Below are positions 14,695 through 21,822 of a stretch of 32,000 nt of DNA, piece by piece. Position 1 is the first letter of the stretch, and each line of letters begins with the position of its first letter. The notes under the pieces are model-generated. The model ran no database searches and had not been told where the DNA came from. It was given only the letters and a program-made list of their open reading frames with translations. Both the position numbers and the translations under genes were made by a program. This stretch comes from Candidatus Saccharimonadota bacterium (lineage in GTDB: Bacteria; Patescibacteriota; Saccharimonadia; Saccharimonadales; Saccharimonadaceae), in the NCBI GenBank assembly GCA_001029695.1, contig CP011211.1, forward strand, positions 720,001 to 752,000, read 5' to 3'.

Positions 14695-16134
14695 GTGAAA
14701 AAGCATATGGTTCGATTTGGAAAACTAGAGTTTATTGCTTTTGTGAGCGGTGCGGTGCTTATGATGTTTGAGCTTGCTGCTGCGCGCATCTTGGCGCCAA
14801 GTATTGGGAGTTCTACGTATGTATGGACGAGTGTTATCGGAGTGATTATTGCTGCACTCAGTATAGGGTATTGGAGCGGAGGTCGTATTGCGGATGCTCG
14901 CAAAAAACCTGCAGACGTTGTCATACTCTGCTTTTTTGCATGCGTCAGTGTTGTCTTTGTCCTGCTGAGTTATGTGAGTATTTTAGAGTGGGTGGTAGGC
15001 GCAGCTGATGATGCACGTCTGCAGGGTATGCTTGCCTCGCTTATCTTATTCGCACCAACGAGTTTTCTCCTAGGGGTGCTTAGTCCGTATCTTGCGAAGT
15101 TTGCAGTTACCTCACTGGACTCAACAGGCAGTTCAATCGCAAATCTGAGCTCTTTGAATTCAATTGGAGGAATTGTCGGTACTTTCCTCACTGGTTTTGT
15201 GTTGTTCGGGTATATAGGATCGCGTGAAACGCTTGGTATTGTCGCATTGATGCTTCTTGTTTGTAGCTGGCTGTTGATACCTAATTGGCGGTGGATGTGG
15301 CGAGTAGGGGCTTCATTTGTGATTGTCGTTGCTGTCGGACTTCCTGTGCAGGTGGCTGCAGGGCTGCATATAGATACTCCAAGTGCCCACTACGTTATAT
15401 ATGAGGATTGGGATCCGTCGGAACCTCAATCGACGCGTGGGATTGCTTCGGGTCCGACGGGCATACAGTCAGGAATTTATGTGAATCAACCTGATAAACT
15501 ACTGTTTTGGTATACGAAGCAGCTTGCGCAGCTTGTCGAGGCAGCACCAAATAAGCAGAATATCCTTATACTTGGTGGCGGAACATTTACCTTGCCTCAA
15601 TACCTTGCCAATAAGTATCCGTCGTCGATGATTGATGTTGTAGAGATTGACCCTACGCTCGAATCTATCGCGAAGAAGTATTTTGAATACAAAAGTCCTT
15701 CAAACGTTACGCTTCACTTTGCTGATGCTCGATCATTTATCAATGAGTCTTCAAAGCGCTACGATGTTGTTATTGTTGATATTTATAATGATACGAGTGT
15801 ACCGTTTAGTCTAATGACGAGAGAGTACGGCGAAGCGATCAACCGATTACTGACAGTGAATGGGGTTGTAGGGGTAAATATGATCGCGGGTCAGCAAGGT
15901 GCGTGTAGAGAACTTCTACAAGCTCTTGATGTACCGTACCGCCGTCACCTTCCGCAAGTAACCTATAGTGAGGACAAGAAACAGACAGTGCGGGCGAATA
16001 TGGTCGTTGCGTATAGTCAGCAGCCGGTGCAGTGGACTGGCGCCAATACGTTGTCGCTTCCTAAAGGGGTGTCATATAGTGATAATTTTGCACCCGCTGA
16101 GCGATTTCAGCAGGCATGTATCGATGAAAGCTAA
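14695..16134 (+). CDS. Fused polytopic membrane / spermidine-synthase-like protein
   Basis: 479 aa. The N-terminal half has several TM helices. The C-terminal half is a Rossmann-type aminopropyl/methyltransferase fold (ILILGGGTF, DVVEIDP, DVVIVDIYND). An alternative start is ATG 14707. Confidence 0.75.
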   Translation: MKKHMVRFGKLEFIAFVSGAVLMMFELAAARILAPSIGSSTYVWTSVIGVIIAALSIGYWSGGRIADARKKPADVVILCFFACVSVVFVLLSYVSILEWVVGAADDARLQGMLASLILFAPTSFLLGVLSPYLAKFAVTSLDSTGSSIANLSSLNSIGGIVGTFLTGFVLFGYIGSRETLGIVALMLLVCSWLLIPNWRWMWRVGASFVIVVAVGLPVQVAAGLHIDTPSAHYVIYEDWDPSEPQSTRGIASGPTGIQSGIYVNQPDKLLFWYTKQLAQLVEAAPNKQNILILGGGTFTLPQYLANKYPSSMIDVVEIDPTLESIAKKYFEYKSPSNVTLHFADARSFINESSKRYDVVIVDIYNDTSVPFSLMTREYGEAINRLLTVNGVVGVNMIAGQQGACRELLQALDVPYRRHLPQVTYSEDKKQTVRANMVVAYSQQPVQWTGANTLSLPKGVSYSDNFAPAERFQQACIDES

Positions 16135-16229
16135 ACGCTATATATAGCGTTGTAAATAAGAAACAACACACTATAAGGTGTTATTCTGCTTTTGTTTATA
16201 TATCAGAGTTGTAAAAAACACTAAAAAGC

Positions 16230-16258
16230 TTGAAAACCATATATCTAGGGTCTATAGT
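16230..16258 (+). promoter_or_regulatory. nrd operon promoter TTGAAA-17-TATAGT
   Basis: The sequence reads TTGAAAaccatatatctagggtcTATAGT. The spacer is occupied by a candidate NrdR box. Confidence 0.5.
16236..16251 (+). promoter_or_regulatory. Candidate NrdR box (proximal pair, box A)
   Basis: ACCATATATCTAGGGT matches 11/16 positions of the NrdR-box consensus acaCwAtATaTwGtgt and is partly palindromic. Its centre is 32 bp from box B. Confidence 0.45.
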
Positions 16259-16267
16259 TCTATACAG

Positions 16268-16283
16268 ACACTACATATGTAGG
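16268..16283 (+). promoter_or_regulatory. Candidate NrdR box (proximal pair, box B)
   Basis: ACACTACATATGTAGG contains the perfect 12-bp palindrome CTACATATGTAG (16271-16282) and lies just downstream of the -10 box. Confidence 0.45.
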
Positions 16284-16426
16284 AGTTCAACAAAAACACA
16301 CATTTAGCAAGAGGAGAGGTAGAGCCGCTTAGTCGGTATTTTCTTGCACCATTTGAATTATTTTGAGAGGTAATTCAAAAAATAATGTGAACAAAAATAA
16401 CATTATATATTTCCATAGGGGGAACT

Positions 16427-18823
16427 ATGAGCGAAATTCACGTGGTAAAACGCGACGGCACCCGCGAACCATTTGACGCCAACAAGATCAACCTGGCACT
16501 CGTCGAGGCGAGTGAGGGCTTGCCCGACCAGATTCAAAAAGTTGTTCAAGTTGCATCAGAGGTACGATTGACATTATTTGATGGAATCACGACGCAGCAG
16601 CTCGATGAATCAGTCATGCACGCTGCACTTCAAAACGTTAAAGACGACCCTGATTTCGATAAAATCGCCGCTCGTCTAATGCTCAAGAATGTTTATAAAA
16701 ACATCCTAGGACAATATAAAGATGCTGCTGAACTCAAAAAACTTCATGAGACAAAATTTGCAGACTACTTGAAGCAGGGTATTAAAGATGGCCTACTTGA
16801 TGAACGTATGAGCAGTAAGGTTTTTGATCTTAAAAAGCTTGCAAAGACAATCGACCCAACAAAAGACAATCTATCAAAATATCTAGGTGTCGTGACGAGC
16901 AAAAACCGCTATGGTCTTCGCAATCAAAGTGGCGATACGATCGAAGTGCCACAGTATACAAACATGCGAATTGCGATGGGACTTAGCTTTAACGAAGAAG
17001 ATCCAACGGCTGCAGCAATCGATTTTTACGAACACATGGCAAATCTTGACTACTCTCCTGGTGGATCGACTCGCATCAACGCTGGTGGTTCATTCCCTCA
17101 ACTATCAAACTGTTTCTTGATTGAGATTCAGGATGACATGGAATCGATCGCTAAAGGTGTTCGTGATGTGATGTGGATCGCTAAGGGTACGGGTGGTATT
17201 GGAATTAGCCTGAATAAACTTCGTGCCGCAGGTAGTCCTGTAAAGACGACTAATACGGAATCAACTGGACCTATCCCGTTCATGAAGATGATCGACACGG
17301 CGCTGTTTGCTGTATCTCGTAAGGGCAAAAAAGCTGGCGCAGCTGCTCTATATATGGAAAACTGGCACCTTAACTTTCCTCAATTCCTCGACCTAAAACA
17401 AAACTCTGGTGACCCATACCTTCGTACTCGACTTGCAAATACGGCAGTCTTTGTCAGCGATGAGTTTATGAAGCGTGTCGAAAAAGACCAGGACTGGTAC
17501 ATGTTTGACCCGGCAGAAGTGTCTGATCTTCCAGAGCTATACGGCGCTGAGTTTAGTAAGCGCTATGCTGAATATATAAAGATGGCAGAAAAGGGCGAGA
17601 TGCGTGATTTCTCAAAGATCAGTGCTCGCGAACAGTTCCGTCAGATCCTTACTGTACTCCAGGCGACAAGCCATCCATGGATCACATGGAAAGATACGAT
17701 CAATGTTCGTGCACTCAACAACAATACGAGCACGATTCATCTTTCAAATCTTTGTACAGAAATTACACTTCCTCAGGATAAAGATAATACCGCCGTCTGT
17801 AACCTCGTTAGTTTGAACCTTTCGGCGCATCTTATGGAAGATAAATCCTGGGACTGGGATCGCCTCAAGGCAAGTACTCGTAGTGCTATTCGTCAGCTTG
17901 ATAATCTTTGCGACATTACTAATACACCAATTCCTGAAGCGATGCATAGTAATACACAAAACCGTGCGCTTGGATTAGGTATTATGGGCTTTACGGATGT
18001 TATCGAAAAACTTGGCTTGAGCTATGAGTCTGAAGCAGCATATGATCTCATGGACCAATTGACGGAATTTATCAGCTACCATGCGATCGATCAATCAGCT
18101 GATCTTGCTAAAAAGCTCGGTAGCTACCCAACATTCAAGGGGAGCGGCTGGAGCAAAGGTATTCTTCCGATTGATACTGTCGATGAGCTTGCGACTGACC
18201 GTAAAGTAAAGGTCGACGTAACTCGAAAGACGCGCCTCGACTGGGATGTACTTCGAAAGAAGGTAAAGAAGGGTATGCGTAACGCAACGCTTATGGCGAT
18301 TGCTCCAACGGCAAATATTGCCCACGTAGTCGGGACAACCCCAGGGATTGATCCGCAGTTTGCTCAGATTTTCTCTCGTGCGACTCTAAATGGAAAGTTC
18401 CTTGAAATCAACGTCAATCTCGTTAACGACCTGAAGAAGCTTGGTATTTGGGATGATGTAAAAGACGACGTGCTTCGCCTACAGGGTGATGTACAGCAGA
18501 TCGATGCGATTCCGCAGCATATCAAGGATGTTTACAAGACAAGCTTCCAGTTGTCACCATTTGCCTTTATTGAAGTGGCAGCTCGTGCTCAGAAATGGGT
18601 TGATCAAGCGATTAGTCGCAATATGTACCTTGAGACCCGCGACATCGATGAGATGGTAAAAATCTATAGCGGTGCTTGGAAAAAAGGTCTAAAGACGACG
18701 TACTACCTGCACGTTAAACCACGTCACACTGCTGAACAAAGTACCGTCAAGGTAAACAAGGCAGAAGCGAGCGGTGGTCCGCGAAAAGCAGGCTTTGGCT
18801 TCGCAAAAAAGCAAACGGTATAG
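16427..18823 (+). CDS. nrdA: Ribonucleoside-diphosphate reductase alpha subunit (class I), without C-terminal cysteines
   Basis: 798 aa. N-terminal ATP-cone (VVKRDGTREPFD). Catalytic motifs LSNCFL, SNLCTEI and AVCNLVSLNL, plus the radical-transfer TTYYL. The last roughly 40 residues contain no Cys. Confidence 0.95.
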   Translation: MSEIHVVKRDGTREPFDANKINLALVEASEGLPDQIQKVVQVASEVRLTLFDGITTQQLDESVMHAALQNVKDDPDFDKIAARLMLKNVYKNILGQYKDAAELKKLHETKFADYLKQGIKDGLLDERMSSKVFDLKKLAKTIDPTKDNLSKYLGVVTSKNRYGLRNQSGDTIEVPQYTNMRIAMGLSFNEEDPTAAAIDFYEHMANLDYSPGGSTRINAGGSFPQLSNCFLIEIQDDMESIAKGVRDVMWIAKGTGGIGISLNKLRAAGSPVKTTNTESTGPIPFMKMIDTALFAVSRKGKKAGAAALYMENWHLNFPQFLDLKQNSGDPYLRTRLANTAVFVSDEFMKRVEKDQDWYMFDPAEVSDLPELYGAEFSKRYAEYIKMAEKGEMRDFSKISAREQFRQILTVLQATSHPWITWKDTINVRALNNNTSTIHLSNLCTEITLPQDKDNTAVCNLVSLNLSAHLMEDKSWDWDRLKASTRSAIRQLDNLCDITNTPIPEAMHSNTQNRALGLGIMGFTDVIEKLGLSYESEAAYDLMDQLTEFISYHAIDQSADLAKKLGSYPTFKGSGWSKGILPIDTVDELATDRKVKVDVTRKTRLDWDVLRKKVKKGMRNATLMAIAPTANIAHVVGTTPGIDPQFAQIFSRATLNGKFLEINVNLVNDLKKLGIWDDVKDDVLRLQGDVQQIDAIPQHIKDVYKTSFQLSPFAFIEVAARAQKWVDQAISRNMYLETRDIDEMVKIYSGAWKKGLKTTYYLHVKPRHTAEQSTVKVNKAEASGGPRKAGFGFAKKQTV

Positions 18824-18870
18824 CAAGAAAATTCACTGAAACATAATCAAAATAGGGGGAAAATAATACT

Positions 18871-19047
18871 ATGGCAAACGCATCAGCAATCATCAACGAT
18901 GACATGACACTTGAAGAAAAACTATCTGCTATTGATGCTGCAATGGCTGCAGCTCAGGCTACTGCAGACGATAATGCTCAGTCGAGTGGTGGTGCGGCAG
19001 CGCCTATTGATCCGCAAGACTTCTTGATGTGCGAAGGGTGTCAGTAG
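18871..19047 (+). CDS. Small ORF (58 aa) ending in a C-terminal CxxC (..DPQDFLMCEGCQ)
   Basis: Not in the ORF track because it is under 60 aa. ATG 18871 lies 10 nt after AGGGGGA. The translation is MANASAIINDDMTLEEKLSAIDAAMAAAQATADDNAQSSGGAAAPIDPQDFLMCEGCQ*. Its stop is 2 nt before the next ATG. Confidence 0.5.
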   Translation: MANASAIINDDMTLEEKLSAIDAAMAAAQATADDNAQSSGGAAAPIDPQDFLMCEGCQ

Positions 19048-19049
19048 CC

Positions 19050-19301
19050 ATGGGGGAGCAGTTAGCTATTTCGATCCCAGAGGTTGAAGAAAAACTTATG
19101 ACAAGAGATAGAGCGGTGCACATTAACGATAGTTTATTTTCAGCCGCTATGGCGCTTGAGGGAATTATCAGTAATGAAGCGCCCCTTGCGGAGAGCACTA
19201 TTGCTCGACTTGATGACGCACGTATTGCGATTGAAGAGGTGATGCAGACAGTCTATGAGGGTAGTGAGTTAGCAACTAACGAATTTGAGGAGGCTGTGTA
19301 A
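19050..19301 (+). CDS. Small acidic helical protein (83 aa), translationally coupled to nrdB
   Basis: ATG 19050. The ORF track's GTG 19029 would overlap the previous ORF. Its stop TAA overlaps the nrdB ATG (TAATG). It has no Cys and no family I recognise. Confidence 0.55.
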   Translation: MGEQLAISIPEVEEKLMTRDRAVHINDSLFSAAMALEGIISNEAPLAESTIARLDDARIAIEEVMQTVYEGSELATNEFEEAV

Positions 19302-20284
19302 TGGCAGGAATTTTAGGAACAGGAATACAAGACGGACTACTACTTAAGCCAGTTCACTATCAGTGGGCGATGGATCTGTATGATCAGGCAGTAGCAAATA
19401 CATGGTTTCCAAATGAAATTCAGCTTGGCCAAGACCTTGCTGACTGGAAGAAGATGAGTGACGAAGAGCGACATGCGTTGACGTTCCTCATGAGCTACTT
19501 CAATCCAAATGAACTACTCGTCAATAAGGCGCTTGCGTTTGGTGTTTACCCGTACGTCAATGCTGCAGAGTGCCACCTCTATCTTGCAAAACAGATGTGG
19601 GAAGAGGCTAACCACTGCATGAGTTTTGAGTATGTGCTTGAGACATTCCCGATTGATCGTGACCAAGCATACGCGGCTCACGTAGAGACGCCAAGTATGG
19701 CTCGAAAAGAAGCGTTTGAAACAAAGTTCATCAAACGCATGACCGAAGAGACGTTGGATATTACTTCGACTGAAGGTAAGAAAGATTTCATCCGAAATCT
19801 CATCGCGTACAATATTATCCTCGAAGGTATCTGGTTCTATAGTGGTTTCATGGTGGCACTTTCGTTCCGTCAGCGAAATCTTCTTCGTAACTTTGGTTCT
19901 TTGATGGACTGGGTTGTGCGTGACGAATCTCTCCATCTGAAGTTTGGTATTAATTTAATTTTGACAGTGCTTGAAGAAAACGAAGATCTTCAAACTGAAG
20001 AGTTTGCTGCTGAGATCAAGCAGATGATTCTCGATGGTGTTGAGATGGAAGAAGACTACAACAAAGACCTTCTACCAAATGGCATCCTCGGCCTTAATAG
20101 CGACTACATCAATCAGTATGTAAAGTATCTTGCTGATCGTCGTCTTGAGGAGCTCGGTTTTGAGGCGCACTACAAAGTATCAAACCCTGCAAAGTGGATG
20201 GCTGCAGCAAATGACACATTGCAGCTTGTGAATTTCTTTGAGAGTACCAATACTTCTTACGAAGTGAACGGACCAAAAAAATAA
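19301..20284 (+). CDS. nrdB: Ribonucleotide reductase beta subunit with class Ic hallmarks
   Basis: 327 aa. Metal ligands E71, E102-x-x-H105, E175 and E209-x-x-H212 have the same spacings as E. coli D84/E115/H118 and E204/E238/H241. Phe109 (TTT, 19625-19627) stands where the radical Tyr normally sits. Confidence 0.9.
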   Translation: MAGILGTGIQDGLLLKPVHYQWAMDLYDQAVANTWFPNEIQLGQDLADWKKMSDEERHALTFLMSYFNPNELLVNKALAFGVYPYVNAAECHLYLAKQMWEEANHCMSFEYVLETFPIDRDQAYAAHVETPSMARKEAFETKFIKRMTEETLDITSTEGKKDFIRNLIAYNIILEGIWFYSGFMVALSFRQRNLLRNFGSLMDWVVRDESLHLKFGINLILTVLEENEDLQTEEFAAEIKQMILDGVEMEEDYNKDLLPNGILGLNSDYINQYVKYLADRRLEELGFEAHYKVSNPAKWMAAANDTLQLVNFFESTNTSYEVNGPKK

Positions 20285-20302
20285 CAGAGTAAATATAAAA
20301 TG

Positions 20303-20340
20303 AATGGGCGGGTACACTAGCTGTTCGCCCATTTTTTATT
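20303..20340 (+). terminator. Intrinsic terminator after nrdB
   Basis: aatgggcg-(15 nt loop)-cgcccatt followed by ttttatt. Confidence 0.7.
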
Positions 20341-20352
20341 TGAAAGGTCTGC

Positions 20353-21273
20353 ATGAAAATTACTATCTGTGGTTCGATGAAGTTTGACGAAAAGATGTCC
20401 GAGGTGAAGGGGCAGCTTGAAGGTATGGGGTACGAGGTAGAGAAGCCGAATGTTGCTGAGGCTCACACGTATGGAGATGACCTTGATAAAAACGCAGATA
20501 TAAAACAGGGATTTATCAATGAACATTTTCGAAAGATCGACACATCCGATGCGATACTTGTTGTTAACGAAGATAAAAATGGAATTGAAAATTATATTGG
20601 TGGAAATACGCTGATCGAGATCGCCCACGCCTACACCCAAGGGATTGAAGTCTTTTTACTACATCCTGTGCCTAATGTCAGTTATGCGGACGAAATACGC
20701 GGTATGCATCCAATTTCTCTCAACGGCAATACTGCTGAGGTAGCAAGTTATTTCGAAAAACTGCCACTTGTACGTATTAGCAGTGAAAGCCCCGTCAAGC
20801 ATCTCGCGGTGAGTCGCGGACTACGCAAAGCTGGTATTCGAGTACGGACAGAAGGGGTGAAGGTTGAGTCTGGGGTTGATGAGCAGCCAATGAGCATTGA
20901 AGAAAGTTACGAAGGTGCGATGATTCGACACGAAAACCTCATAAAGACTGACAAGGTAGCTGACTATTTCGTTACGATTGAAAGTGGTCAACACCTTGCG
21001 CATAAAAATCATAGTCTCTTTGGTTGCGCAGTGATTATGATTGAGCGAGTAAACCAAGGGCGAAAGATAGGTATTGATCTCGATGTTGAGTTTCCACGAG
21101 AAATGCTCGACAAGGTGCCGTCGCAATACCCAGATCTTGGCATACTTGTTCAAAAAGAATACGGCTCAAAGCTGAAAGATCCGTATCCATTTTTTACGAA
21201 CAATCAACTAACACGAGCTAAGTTGCTCGAAGAAGCTGTGTACCGTGTGGCGGTGCAGTTGGAGGCAATATGA
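20353..21273 (+). CDS. Fusion protein: nucleoside 2-deoxyribosyltransferase/Rcl-like N-domain plus YjjX-type (NTPase I-T, DUF84) inosine/xanthosine triphosphatase C-domain
   Basis: The N-terminal MKITICGSMKF...DAILVVN...YIGGNTLIEIAHAYTQGIEVFLL matches the NDT/Rcl-like pattern. The C-terminal half aligns with E. coli YjjX as I recall it (VESGVDEQPMSIEESYEGAMIRHENL, YFVTIESG, LTRAKLLEEAV). Confidence 0.7.
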   Translation: MKITICGSMKFDEKMSEVKGQLEGMGYEVEKPNVAEAHTYGDDLDKNADIKQGFINEHFRKIDTSDAILVVNEDKNGIENYIGGNTLIEIAHAYTQGIEVFLLHPVPNVSYADEIRGMHPISLNGNTAEVASYFEKLPLVRISSESPVKHLAVSRGLRKAGIRVRTEGVKVESGVDEQPMSIEESYEGAMIRHENLIKTDKVADYFVTIESGQHLAHKNHSLFGCAVIMIERVNQGRKIGIDLDVEFPREMLDKVPSQYPDLGILVQKEYGSKLKDPYPFFTNNQLTRAKLLEEAVYRVAVQLEAI

Positions 21274-21782
21274 AAGAAATACTAGGCGATTACGAAGCGT
21301 TTGTCGCTGAGGCGAATAAACTTATTGATCAGTCGGGCATCGCCCGAAAAGAGATCATAATGTGTGACACACTCTGCTATCGAGTAGAGACAAATGAGCG
21401 TTACGATGAACTTAAGCAACTACTCGCTTCGTACGCACTTTCATCTCACGAAGAAGAGGTGAATCAGCGCATGATCACGGTCTATAGTCTCAGAGAGCCG
21501 TTAAATGTGCCGGGCTGGCAACGGCCAGTTCCGTATATAGAAGTGCCGCAGCCAAAGCCTGGCAGCCCATATCCTGAGGGGTTTGACCATGCGCAGTTTG
21601 TGACATTGCGAGGCTTGGGAGAGTTTCGTGCAGCGCACACTAGCTTGTCGTTTGATGAAAAAGGCCTCTCTCACACGTACAATCAGCTTGTAAAATTATC
21701 TGGAAAAGACGTGGCAATCAAATTTCACGATAAGCATATGGGCTCAGTTATTGAGCTTGAGCGAGCAGTTTCAGGACAATAA
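21270..21782 (+). CDS. YecM-like VOC (glyoxalase-fold) family protein
   Basis: 170 aa with DTLCYRVET...EVPQPKPGSPYPEGFDHAQFV, the pattern of the YecM/DUF991 family. Its start overlaps the upstream stop (ATGA). Confidence 0.6.
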   Translation: MKEILGDYEAFVAEANKLIDQSGIARKEIIMCDTLCYRVETNERYDELKQLLASYALSSHEEEVNQRMITVYSLREPLNVPGWQRPVPYIEVPQPKPGSPYPEGFDHAQFVTLRGLGEFRAAHTSLSFDEKGLSHTYNQLVKLSGKDVAIKFHDKHMGSVIELERAVSGQ

Positions 21783-21804
21783 TCTACTATATAAAGTATA
21801 GTGA

Positions 21805-21813
21805 TGTTATACT
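21805..21813 (+). promoter_or_regulatory. Extended -10 TGTTATACT, 9 nt upstream of the zwf ATG (candidate leaderless)
   Basis: The sequence reads TGTTATACTaaaaagactATG, with no SD. Confidence 0.4.
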
Positions 21814-21822
21814 AAAAAGACT

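Noticed and set aside
14411-14706. Minus-strand ORFs of 68 and 78 aa spanning the tRNA-Ser locus.
   Set aside because: They run antisense through a bona fide tRNA and its leader and have no translation signals. They are an artefact of ORF calling.
14240-16134. An integrative element at the tRNA-Ser gene, prompted by the duplicated tRNA segment.
   Set aside because: The duplicated part is the 5' end of the tRNA, not the usual 3' att site. The copies are only about 150 nt apart, and no integrase or foreign-looking genes flank the locus.
16353-16378. An 8-bp hairpin (ttgaatta...taattcaa) in the nrdA 5' UTR, considered as an attenuator or terminator.
   Set aside because: It is followed by an A-run rather than a T-run on the plus strand, and no U-tail follows the stem on the minus strand either. 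The stem is AT-only and weak.
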